DNA of 64,000 nucleotides from Candidatus Latescibacterota bacterium (GTDB lineage Bacteria; Latescibacterota; UBA2968; GCA-2709665): NCBI GenBank assembly GCA_963667175.2, contig CAXXXF010000006.1, positions 192,001 to 256,000 of the forward strand, read 5' to 3'. Shown piece by piece: positions 9,249 to 18,407 of this stretch (position 1 is its first letter; each line of letters starts with the position of its first letter). The notes under the pieces were generated by a model. It saw only the letters and a program-made list of their open reading frames with translations, ran no database searches and was not told where the DNA came from. The position numbers and the translations under genes were made by a program.

Positions 9249-10756
9249 TATTTTAGTCGCTCCGTCAATCGTGATAGAAACTCGTCAATTTGGTCGGGTG
9301 TAAGGACCTCTTTCGCAGCGTCAACAACGAACTCGTATAGCTGACTAACCGTATATTTCCGCAACACTTGTTTGCGACCTCGCGGTGTTGTATCGGCGCT
9401 GGACCAAGCCATCGTAGTGTCAATCGCGGCATTCGGTGAAACTTCATTGATTTCCTGTTCTGCAATGTCGACGATTTGACGGACAACTTCCGTTGCCTGA
9501 GCAGCTCTTCTTTCCCTACTGCGTTCACCGTATATCTCAGAACGCACTAGCTTGATGAATTCCGATACGTATTCATGAACTGACCTTTGAAGTTCCACAT
9601 AGGCGGGATGTGCCTTTCGCAAAGTTCGCCTGTCGATATTCATCGCCTCCTCAAGCCGGTCATCAGCGGATATCTCACCGGAGATCCAAGACTGAAGTAA
9701 TCGACCTTCACTAGAAGGGAATCCTAGAAAACTTCGATCGTAGCCTCCGACGGCCCCATTCCGGATGCGAATTAAGAGCCCCTGTAACTCTTGTGGCCTG
9801 ATTGTCGCGCCTTGTGCGAAAAAGTATCCATTAGCAGAGACGTTTTTTCCGTTTAAATCAAAACGCCTAATAAGCGTTCTCTGCGACGGCGAAAAGACGA
9901 TCGGCTTCCTTATCTCGCTACCGTCGATTTTCAAAGTAAACCCCAATGAAGATGCGCTACAAGCTATGTCATCTACACTACCACTCAATGACTGTGGAAT
10001 CCAGTCATCGTAATAGGGTACTGGAACATTCAGACCAATTTCCAACATATTTCTTGAATATTCATCAAATTGATCCCAACTGTTGAGCCCTTTAGTCTTC
10101 AACGTCGCGCTTACAGTTTTTGGAGCTAAGCCGTATAGCGATTTCGATACCGGCGAGGACTCAGCTGGTCTAATGCCAGCAAGAATGGACCGGGCTTCAC
10201 CTCTGATGTTCTTCAAAAAAATGTGAGTGTAATGGCTGTCCAGATCACCAGAATTGTTAACGGATCCAGTGTAGTCAGCTCTCGCGACCTCGTTCCCAGT
10301 TCCTCCAGTTTCTTCCATATCCATTCTTAGTCGATCGAAACGGATTGATACTTCAAGTACCTGTTTACTACCCTTCTTTGTGGAGATAATTTCCATAATG
10401 TCACAGATTTCATTTGCAGCAATGAATCCAATGCCGATCTTGCCAATTTTGGGACGGCCCGACGGCGTCGTGTCTGAATCAACACGCTTGTAAGACTGAC
10501 TTATGACGCTGAAATGTCTTTCAAATTCAGCTCTATTGATTCCACATCCATTGTCTTCGACAATAATACGATTCGCGTCCGGCTTGACAAATACCCTTAC
10601 TAAGGTCGCATCCGCATCGAAAGAATTGTTGATAAGTTCCTTCAAACACGCAGCCGGAGATTCGTATAGACCGGAGCTTAAATCATCTACAATTCTAGAT
10701 GAAAACTTAATCATACCTTGAATGGAATTACTATTGGACATAAGATTTGATCTCAC
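9248..10756 (-). CDS. MORC-like GHKL (HATPase_c_3) ATPase
   Basis: LYESPAACLKELINNSFDA, VEDNGCGI, IGKIGIG Bergerat-fold motifs; likely start ATG 10741. Confidence 0.88.
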   Translation of the reverse strand: MRSNLMSNSNSIQGMIKFSSRIVDDLSSGLYESPAACLKELINNSFDADATLVRVFVKPDANRIIVEDNGCGINRAEFERHFSVISQSYKRVDSDTTPSGRPKIGKIGIGFIAANEICDIMEIISTKKGSKQVLEVSIRFDRLRMDMEETGGTGNEVARADYTGSVNNSGDLDSHYTHIFLKNIRGEARSILAGIRPAESSPVSKSLYGLAPKTVSATLKTKGLNSWDQFDEYSRNMLEIGLNVPVPYYDDWIPQSLSGSVDDIACSASSLGFTLKIDGSEIRKPIVFSPSQRTLIRRFDLNGKNVSANGYFFAQGATIRPQELQGLLIRIRNGAVGGYDRSFLGFPSSEGRLLQSWISGEISADDRLEEAMNIDRRTLRKAHPAYVELQRSVHEYVSEFIKLVRSEIYGERSRERRAAQATEVVRQIVDIAEQEINEVSPNAAIDTTMAWSSADTTPRGRKQVLRKYTVSQLYEFVVDAAKEVLTPDQIDEFLSRLTERLK

Positions 10757-11234
10757 CCATTTGGAATCTGTAATGCACTAACCGATCCATCAGACCAGAT
10801 TAGATGACTTGCAATAAAGAGGGTGGGGTGACTCCTTTTTCGATAATACGCGTTACGGTCAGAGAACTCAAGAACTATTCCCGTATGCGTTCAACAACGG
10901 TCGGTTCGAGTCCGAGATTTACGGTGAATCCTTATGCCGGCCAAGCGGCCATTTGGCCAGATCCGGGACCAAGACTCACTCTGCTCGAATGCACGGAACC
11001 GATGTGCGTGTCGCTATTTGCACAATGGCATCCGCTTCGGTGTCAGCCAAGAGACAGCCAGTGTACCTGACCGCAATTGAAACGATGAAGCCGCCCAGAA
11101 AACCAAGTCGGTAATTGAGTTCTCTGAATCGTAGGTATTGACTCCGGCAGTCCATCGACCTTATTATTGTGCGTAGAACTCAAATGAGTGAATTGAATCA
11201 TCGTCGATGTTCCGGTTGATAGGGACCTTTCCGA

Positions 11235-11879
11235 ATGACTAAAACTGCTGAAGTCGCGGCATGTGACGCACGAAAGGTAGAGGATAGCTGCTTCAACCAC
11301 GCTTCATCTCTGCCGTACGGTTGCACAATAAAACACATCCGACTCGCAATGATCGAGTTTGTGGAGTTTTTGACCTTCGTAAATCAGCAGCTCTACACGA
11401 AAAATATCCCACGCCTTGAATCGATAATGATGCCGGCAAATTTCAGTAGTATGGTGGGCGAATTCATGAATGCAAACATCCCAAAGTATTGCCCAGGGCT
11501 TGTAAAGAATCTATATCACAACGGACATCCTGACCTGCTGCCCGCCGGCATTTTTCCTGACGATGCTGTGCAGCACGCAAGCGAGGGCATTGAAGTCAAA
11601 GCATCACGATATTTGAAAGGATGGCAGGGACACAATCCGGAGGAAAATTGGCTCTTGGTGTTCGTATTTGAGAGCAATCGCCCGGCGGACACAGCGAAAG
11701 CAATTAGACCATTCCCCTTTCGATTCCAAATGGTCGTCAGTGCATCTTTGAAAAAGGACGATTGGGTCTTCTCGGGTCGGAGCGGAACTAGCCGCCGAAC
11801 GATAACAGCAAGCGTTACCAGTTCAGGATACGAGAAAATGATGGACAACTGGATATATAAGGTGCCGGAATTACAGTAA
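11235..11879 (+). CDS. Putative Type II restriction endonuclease (PD-(D/E)XK)
   Basis: HPDLL...GIEVKAS catalytic pattern, 214 aa, overlaps a convergent DNA MTase by 9 bp. Confidence 0.65.
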   Translation: MTKTAEVAACDARKVEDSCFNHASSLPYGCTIKHIRLAMIEFVEFLTFVNQQLYTKNIPRLESIMMPANFSSMVGEFMNANIPKYCPGLVKNLYHNGHPDLLPAGIFPDDAVQHASEGIEVKASRYLKGWQGHNPEENWLLVFVFESNRPADTAKAIRPFPFRFQMVVSASLKKDDWVFSGRSGTSRRTITASVTSSGYEKMMDNWIYKVPELQ

Positions 11880-12815
11880 TGGCAGTTGTGCATCCGAACG
11901 AAGTTCGCCTGGCGATCTCAATTCCGCCAATTTTGGAATAACGTGGCTACTCATCTCGAAATAATCCACATGCCGTTCAACACCAACTGATGAGATACCC
12001 ATGGCCTCCGCAGCTGCCAGTGTCGAACCTGAACCCATAAAGGGATCGACAACGACGCCCACACCGAGCGGAAGTGATGCGTAAACGACCTTTCGTAGGA
12101 AAGATTGCGGCTTAAGGCTAGGATGATCAGCAATATCCCGTTCCTTTCGCGGTGTTCGCTCACTCAAGATTATGTCACCGAACGGTTTGCCGTCTGGCCG
12201 CCTCCTTAGCCCGCCTGTTTGGAATTCCCTTAGACAATCGCTCACCTTCATACCTGGAAGCATGCGCTTTCTTAATATACCCCAGGGTTCGTGGCATCCT
12301 CTCGCCATAGACGATACATTCGGGAATTCCCTTTCTGCATTCTTGGGCCGGTCTCCTCCTCGGAGGGTTCGCACAATGCGTATCAATTGGCCCCGAAATT
12401 CCAGTCCTCCCTCAACTAGCGACGAAAACACTGCCTGAGAAAGGTACGTATTGGATGCGACGAATACATGGCCGCCTGGCCGGAGTATACGTACCAAGAG
12501 ACGGCTCCAATCTTTAAAAAAACGCCTTAGGATTTCCCGTTCATTCTGGTTCAACGCGGTAAATCTGGGCAAGGGCGCTCGCGTATGGCCGTCAAACGAA
12601 GGCGGGATACGCCAAATTCCGCCTTTGTTATCCTTTCTCTTTTCAAGCTGTTTCGGTTCATACTCTTTGACACCATAAGGCGGGTCGGTCACGACTGCAT
12701 GGATACTGTTTTCCGGCACGGAACGGAACCATTCGAAGCAATCTGCATGCAGTATTAGAGACTGGCGTATTGTCTTCGACCTATAGTGTAGTTTGAACTC
12801 TTCGAGAGTTTTCAT
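11871..12815 (-). CDS. Site-specific DNA methyltransferase, beta class
   Basis: TDPPYG, HPSLKP, VDPFMGSGST. Confidence 0.92.
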   Translation of the reverse strand: MKTLEEFKLHYRSKTIRQSLILHADCFEWFRSVPENSIHAVVTDPPYGVKEYEPKQLEKRKDNKGGIWRIPPSFDGHTRAPLPRFTALNQNEREILRRFFKDWSRLLVRILRPGGHVFVASNTYLSQAVFSSLVEGGLEFRGQLIRIVRTLRGGDRPKNAEREFPNVSSMARGCHEPWGILRKRMLPGMKVSDCLREFQTGGLRRRPDGKPFGDIILSERTPRKERDIADHPSLKPQSFLRKVVYASLPLGVGVVVDPFMGSGSTLAAAEAMGISSVGVERHVDYFEMSSHVIPKLAELRSPGELRSDAQLPLL

Positions 12816-13001
12816 CGTTTCTCGTCTCGTATGAGATTGTCTAAATATCCAGCAAAATCAATGAGACATCCGAAATGCAATCGCAAGCCGAAGTGGATTA
12901 CTACGGACTCGTTATCTCATTGGTCTATCAAATTCAACCACGAATGGTTTCAGAAACTCCGTTTACAATGCGCACTCAAGATTGATCCTTACGATAGAAG
13001 C

Positions 13002-13193
13002 CTATTCAGCCAACGGTAAAACGGGTTGCCGTCTCCGGTTCGCTTTTCGCGAGAGATACTCCGTAATCGCCTCACGGACGATTTCAGCCTTGGGTTTTCC
13101 CTCTTCGCCAGATACGGTTTCGAGATCTTCAAGCTGGGAAAGCGTTAAATAACAGTTAAACGGGATCTTTCGGTCGGAGATTCTGCGTGCCAT
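13002..13193 (-). CDS. Ribbon-helix-helix (CopG-like) regulator
   Basis: FNCYLT beta strand + LEDLETVS...KAEIVREAITEYL; AAGGAGG RBS. Confidence 0.8.
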   Translation of the reverse strand: MARRISDRKIPFNCYLTLSQLEDLETVSGEEGKPKAEIVREAITEYLSRKANRRRQPVLPLAE

Positions 13194-13241
13194 ATTGTCC
13201 CCTCCTTGCTAGACCTGAGAAGTTTCTAGCGAGCCCCTAAG

Positions 13242-13270
13242 AATATACCATATATGTTGCAATATGTCAA
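13242..13270 (-). promoter_or_regulatory. sigma70 promoter for the RHH gene, with ACATAT-TGCA-ACATAT repeat overlapping it
   Basis: TTGACA-17 nt-TATATT with extended -10 TG. Confidence 0.7.
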
Positions 13271-13363
13271 TCCGAAATAATGGTTGTCTAGACTGACATA
13301 ACATCTTAATTTCATTGCATTTTTCGGATATTATGTCTATTTTTCGTCGTTCGTCTCGTCCCC

Positions 13364-14761
13364 ATGGTCTCCCGCGATTGTGTTATGACGCGAAAAACCG
13401 CCGCCGGTCTGATTCTCGCGGTCCTTCTGCCGCTGATCGTCATGCTGTATCCGGCCGACGTCGGTACCGTGCCCCGCATGGCCCTGGCCCTCTCCCTCGC
13501 CACGGTCGTGCTGTGGACCTTCGAGCCGGTCCCCCTCGAATACAGTTCATTGTTGATGATCGTCCTCTTCCCCGTCCTCGGCGTCCTCACGTTCGAAACC
13601 GCCTTCGGACCCTTCTCGAGCAAGACCGTCTGGCTCATCTTCGCCGGCATGGCCCTCAGCCTGGGCATCACCGAAACCCCGCTGGGAACCCGGCTCTCCC
13701 GACTGGTGCTGGGACATATCCGGAGCCTGAGGGGACTCATCCTGGCGCTCCACGTCCTGGGCATGCTCTCCGCGCTTCTCATACCGTCGGGTGTCGTGCG
13801 GATCCTGATCCTCATGCCCCTCGTCATCACCCTGCTCCGGACGCTGGGCGAACCGCCCGGATCGCGAGTGAGTGTCGCGCTGATCCTCTCCCTGGTCTGT
13901 TCCACCTACTACGGCGGCACCGGAGTCCTTACGGCCTCCGTGCCGAGCCTGGTGGTTTTCGGCGTTCTGGAATCCCGGGACATCTCCGTTTACTGGGGTC
14001 AGTGGGCGCTGTATCTCTTTCCCATATTCTCCCTCTGCCGGGTCGCGTGCTGTTACGGGCTGATCCGCCTGTTATTGCCACTTGGACGCGAGTCGGGTTT
14101 CCAGACTGCACTCGACGACGCCGGCGAGATCCCCGATCGCTTCACGCCTGCAGAGAAGAAAACCCTTTGCATCCTGCTCGCGGGCGTACTGCTGTGGGCG
14201 ACCGATGCGATTCACGGCATCCATCCCGCCTACGTGGGCCTCGGACTGGTTCTGTTCTGTTATCTTCCCGGATTGGGACCCCTGCATCCTGACCTGCTGA
14301 AAAAGATCAACTTTCCTCTGCTCATCTACATCGCCGCCGCGTTCTCCGTCGGCCATGCCCTCGAAACCACCGGTTTCAGCCCCCTGCTTGCCAATCTGTT
14401 TACGGAGTGGCTGAGTCGGGTCGACGGCAGCCTGCTCGTCCAACTCGGTCTGCTCTCAGCCTTCATCCTGCCCTTCAATTTTCTGGCGGACACGGCCGCG
14501 GTTGCCGCCATCCTCACCCCGGTGCTTCTGGACGTCGCCGCTCAGACCGGCATGGCGCCGCTTCCCGCCGCCCTCTGCATGGCCATCGTCGCCAGTTGCG
14601 GCTTCTTTCCCTACCAGGCGGCGCCGTTCATCCTCGCCTACAGCTTTCGCTACGTGCATATGGGCCAGTTTATCCGGCTCATGGTTCTCCTCGCGCTGGT
14701 CTCCCTCCTGCTTCTCATCCCACTCAACTTCCTCTATTGGCGGCTTATCGGGCTGATCTGA
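13364..14761 (+). CDS. SLC13/DASS family anion permease
   Basis: About 12 hydrophobic helices, WTFEPVP, LIPSGVVR, GTGVLTAS, FFPYQAAP. Confidence 0.82.
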   Translation: MVSRDCVMTRKTAAGLILAVLLPLIVMLYPADVGTVPRMALALSLATVVLWTFEPVPLEYSSLLMIVLFPVLGVLTFETAFGPFSSKTVWLIFAGMALSLGITETPLGTRLSRLVLGHIRSLRGLILALHVLGMLSALLIPSGVVRILILMPLVITLLRTLGEPPGSRVSVALILSLVCSTYYGGTGVLTASVPSLVVFGVLESRDISVYWGQWALYLFPIFSLCRVACCYGLIRLLLPLGRESGFQTALDDAGEIPDRFTPAEKKTLCILLAGVLLWATDAIHGIHPAYVGLGLVLFCYLPGLGPLHPDLLKKINFPLLIYIAAAFSVGHALETTGFSPLLANLFTEWLSRVDGSLLVQLGLLSAFILPFNFLADTAAVAAILTPVLLDVAAQTGMAPLPAALCMAIVASCGFFPYQAAPFILAYSFRYVHMGQFIRLMVLLALVSLLLLIPLNFLYWRLIGLI

Positions 14762-14914
14762 TGGCCGTATCGAAAAACGCCGGTTGCTTCTGCCCCGCGC
14801 AGCGCCCTGCCTGCGTACAGGCCTCTTGTGGCAATTGATCCCAGCCGCGGATTTTTCGTCTTTTTCGCGTGTTCCGTAGTTTACAATGTTATTTTCCAAG
14901 TAGCTTCTTACCGC

Positions 14915-14943
14915 TTGACAAGCCCGGAATCTTCGGGTACTAT
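14915..14943 (+). promoter_or_regulatory. sigma70 promoter upstream of the iorA-like gene
   Basis: TTGACA-17 nt-TACTAT. Confidence 0.6.
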
Positions 14944-14989
14944 CGGTATTCCGTCTGCAACAATGTCAATCTACAATGGGGAAGTCCTG

Positions 14990-16606
14990 ATGAACGCAAT
15001 GCAAATCAATGGCGACACGGCACTGGCCTGGGGCGCGATCGAGGCAGGCGTCAGCTGCGTGACCGGATATCCCGGTTCGCCGGGTACAGGCACCTTTACC
15101 GCGCTCGCAGACACCGCCGGCGAATACGGCCACGATACCGAGTGGTGTCTGAACGAACGCATCGCACTCGACGTTGCCGCGGGCGTCTCCCAGGGAGGCC
15201 GCCGCGTGCTCACGTGCATGAAGAGCGTGGGTATGAACGTGGCGCTGGATACCCTCATGGTTCTGAACATGACCGGCGTACACGCCGGACTGGTCATCCT
15301 GATGGGCGACGATCCCGGGGCGTGGGGATCACAGAATGAGCAGGACGGCCGTTTCTTCGCCCCCCTCGCCGAAGTTCCCATGCTCGAGCCCGCGACGCCG
15401 GCGGAGGGCCGGCGCATGATGCGCTGGGCCTTCGATTTCTCCGAGTCGTTCCGGACGGTCGTCATCCTTCGCATCACGCGCAGTTTCAGCGTGCGTGAAG
15501 ACGAACAGCCGCCCGTCCGAAAGCCCGCTGCCAGGAAGACGCTGGCGCCGGACAGGGAACCGATGCGCTGGATTTCGTCCCTGTCCAACTGTATACCCAA
15601 TCACGGCAGGCTCCATCGAAAACTGCAGGACGTCTCGCAGTCATTCGAGCGTGTGCACTTCAACCGGGTCGAGGGCACCGGAGATCTGGGCGTCATCGCG
15701 TCCGGATTCGTCCACACTAAACTTCAGGACGCGCTGGAAGGCGCCGACTCCTCGAGATTCGCATGCCTGAAACTGGGCTCTCTCTACCCACTGCCGGGGG
15801 GCCTGATTTCGGATTTTCTCAAACAGTGCAGTCGGGTGCTGGTACTCGAAGAAGTGGACCCGTATCTCGAAGACAGCGTCAAGACCATCGGGTACGACGC
15901 AGGCGTCACCCCGAGAGTCATCGGAAAGCGCAGCGGTCATGTCCCGGGAGAAGGTGAACTTTTCCGATGGCAGATACAGAACGCGATGAAGGCGCATCTG
16001 CCGGACCTGGCGCCATCGCGCGTTTACACCGAGGCGGGTTGGCAGGAGGAAAAGCCGTACCGGAAGTCACACTGCGCCGGCTGCCCCTACAATGACATCC
16101 TCGCCGCGTTGCGTGAAGAGGCGGCGACCCTGGGCCAGAATCCATTTCTCACGGCCGATCCGGGATGCGTGGTCATCGCCGCCCAGCGCCTCGACACCAA
16201 GCTGTGTATGGGATCCGCCATCGGCGCGGCGCTGGGACTTCAGAGGGCAGGTGTGCGAGAACGCGCTGTGGCCATTACAGGCGACTCGGCCTTCTACCAC
16301 AGCAGCGTCAATGCATTGATCCACGCCAGGTCAACGGGCGCCAATCTGCTCCTCGTGGTACTCGACAACGGCGGTTCGCTCACGACCGGAGGCCAGCCCA
16401 CTCCCGATCGAGGCGTCCCCGTCGCAGGAAAATCCGGGCCGGTCGTTGGTATCAATGACCTGGCAATCGCCTGCGGGGTCGAATCGGTATGGACGGTCGA
16501 AGAAACGGATCCAGAGACACGCATGCGCAGCATCTTCCGTAAAGCCCTCCAGTGCGAAGGCCTCGGCCTGGTGACCATACGAAAGCGTTGTGAGGCCGTG
16601 GACTGA
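14990..16606 (+). CDS. iorA: Indolepyruvate:ferredoxin oxidoreductase alpha subunit-like (TPP enzyme)
   Basis: GYPGSPGT, NE..AL, MKSVGMNVA.D, SQNEQD, CAGCP, GDSAFYH...LDNG. Confidence 0.8.
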   Translation: MNAMQINGDTALAWGAIEAGVSCVTGYPGSPGTGTFTALADTAGEYGHDTEWCLNERIALDVAAGVSQGGRRVLTCMKSVGMNVALDTLMVLNMTGVHAGLVILMGDDPGAWGSQNEQDGRFFAPLAEVPMLEPATPAEGRRMMRWAFDFSESFRTVVILRITRSFSVREDEQPPVRKPAARKTLAPDREPMRWISSLSNCIPNHGRLHRKLQDVSQSFERVHFNRVEGTGDLGVIASGFVHTKLQDALEGADSSRFACLKLGSLYPLPGGLISDFLKQCSRVLVLEEVDPYLEDSVKTIGYDAGVTPRVIGKRSGHVPGEGELFRWQIQNAMKAHLPDLAPSRVYTEAGWQEEKPYRKSHCAGCPYNDILAALREEAATLGQNPFLTADPGCVVIAAQRLDTKLCMGSAIGAALGLQRAGVRERAVAITGDSAFYHSSVNALIHARSTGANLLLVVLDNGGSLTTGGQPTPDRGVPVAGKSGPVVGINDLAIACGVESVWTVEETDPETRMRSIFRKALQCEGLGLVTIRKRCEAVD

Positions 16607-16696
16607 AAAGCTGCGTTGAAATCCCCAGCGGTCTTCGCGCGGCTGCAACGCAAAAAGGGTCCGCCCGGGACTTTGAGAATCCCGAAGGAACCCTAT

Positions 16697-16762
16697 CAGC
16701 CCGTTGATACAGTCCATCCGGGCTGCCTGCCTGTGCGTTCGCACGCAGACAGGCGTCCGGTC
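16697..16762. repeat. Partial MITE-like end with inserted CCTGCCTGTGCG...CGCACGCAGACAGG hairpin
   Basis: CAGCCCGTTGATACAGTCCATCCGG resembles the 22716 end; hairpin shared with 26373. Confidence 0.5.
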
Positions 16763-16871
16763 CTTGTGACCGAATTACCGCGTTGCCTGCCTGCAGCAGG
16801 CGGGCGCCCCCTCCCCGAATCCAGGGATTCGCGTCGGTCGCGCGCCTGTCCTGACCTCCTGTGTCGTCGCT

Positions 16872-17483
16872 TTATCGGAATTCCAGAGATTTCGCGATAT
16901 CGCGGTATTCATCAACGGGAAAGGCGGCAGACGTCCCGTTGCCCATCATCAGATAAGCCTTCCGCCCGTCCAGCACCACCGTAACGAAGAACCGATCCCC
17001 CCGCCGACGAAGAAACACCGTCCGGAACACCCACTCGATGCCGTCGCGGCCCGATATCTTAAACGTGCGTTTCTCCTGTGCCGTGTACCCCAGAAACGTG
17101 GCCTTGAACTCCTCCTCCAGTTCGGCCGTAACCGTCTGAAGCGTCGAATTCTCCGAAAGCGCGCGGGGCCTTAACGTCAACACCGCCTCAAATCCGGAAA
17201 TCGCCTCGCGGTTCATAACGACTTCGACCCTGGGCAACCCGTTCGGCTCCCGGGTCTGGAAGGACGTTTGCGCCGTCCAGCCCCACACGTCCGGGACAGT
17301 AATCCGGAATCCCCACTCATCGTTGGAGTAGACACGGCCGCCGTCGGATTCGGAAGTCGGATTATTGGCGGTGTCCTCCGGAATGGGACCGCATCCGAAC
17401 GTCACGAATACAGATACGAAGCACAACAAGCCAATGGTACGGTGTCCGAACATGCCGCCCGCCTTCCTCTGCGTGAAACGCAC
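16872..17483 (-). CDS. Lipoprotein, PsbP/DcrB-like
   Basis: Lipobox-like FVTFGC, YSNDEWGFRITVPDVW, typical C-terminal strands ending IAKSLEF; start may be 17453. Confidence 0.6.
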   Translation of the reverse strand: MRFTQRKAGGMFGHRTIGLLCFVSVFVTFGCGPIPEDTANNPTSESDGGRVYSNDEWGFRITVPDVWGWTAQTSFQTREPNGLPRVEVVMNREAISGFEAVLTLRPRALSENSTLQTVTAELEEEFKATFLGYTAQEKRTFKISGRDGIEWVFRTVFLRRRGDRFFVTVVLDGRKAYLMMGNGTSAAFPVDEYRDIAKSLEFR

Positions 17484-17664
17484 GGCCCGCGCTGATCTAC
17501 TATCATTCGATCCAACGTCCCGCCCGGCGGAATCCCTGAGCCTTACCGCCGAACTGCCGCGCCGTGAACCGTCGAATGAAAAAATGGAATCCGCTGCCCG
17601 AACAACCCAGATGACTCTCTACACAGCCTGGCGGTTATCGGCACGTGGATCTGTTCGGGATCTG

Positions 17665-18342
17665 TCAGTGCACGATGCCCAGGCGTCTCCATCGGATTTT
17701 TCCGAACGGGTTCCAGAGGGGGGCGCTGGAATTCCAGGAAAAATAGATCAGAAGCGGATGGGCTTTCACGTTGTCGAGGGATACCGGCCCCCAGAACCTG
17801 CTATCATCGCTGTTGTCCCGGTTGTCCCCCATCACGAACAGATGTCCGGGCGGCACCGTAAAAGGCCCGTAGTTGTCACGGGTGCTGTACCGTTTCGGTT
17901 CGGTCCGCCGGTCCATGAACTTCACCCCATCGGGATTCACAAACGGTTTGCCGTCGACGTAAATCACCTTGTTTCTGATTTCGATCGTCTGCCCACCCAC
18001 GGCGATACAGCGCTTGATGAAGTCCCTTGACTGATCCTTCGGATATTCGAATATCACCATATCCCCGGGTTTCGGAGAACGAAAACCCGGCAGCCGAAAG
18101 GAAGGCAGCTTGTAATTCAGAACAGGCAGACGATCCGGAATCTGCGTACCGAACGTCAGCTTGTCTCCGAGAACGTAGTCGCCCTCCATCAACGTGTTTT
18201 CCATGGAACCTGACGGGATGTGATAGGCCTGCACCAGCGTTGCCCGGATCAATACAGCCAGAAAAACGGCAAAGAAGATCGACTTCAGATAGTCGACCAG
18301 AATTCGTCCGGGACGTGGCCGGCGGCGGCGCTGTGACTTCAT
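17665..18342 (-). CDS. lepB: Signal peptidase I
   Basis: IPSGSMENTL, FIKRCIA, GDNRDNSDDSRFWG. Confidence 0.95.
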   Translation of the reverse strand: MKSQRRRRPRPGRILVDYLKSIFFAVFLAVLIRATLVQAYHIPSGSMENTLMEGDYVLGDKLTFGTQIPDRLPVLNYKLPSFRLPGFRSPKPGDMVIFEYPKDQSRDFIKRCIAVGGQTIEIRNKVIYVDGKPFVNPDGVKFMDRRTEPKRYSTRDNYGPFTVPPGHLFVMGDNRDNSDDSRFWGPVSLDNVKAHPLLIYFSWNSSAPLWNPFGKIRWRRLGIVH

Positions 18343-18407
18343 GGGTGAACCTCCAGATCGTTCCAATGCCAGCAACACAGGCGGGCAGCGTCAGCAAATT
18401 CGCATGT

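Noticed and set aside
10898-10917. GTCGGTTCGAGTCCGA resembling a tRNA T-arm/att site
   Set aside because: Only a 4-bp stem, no acceptor stem or CCA, and no second copy seen
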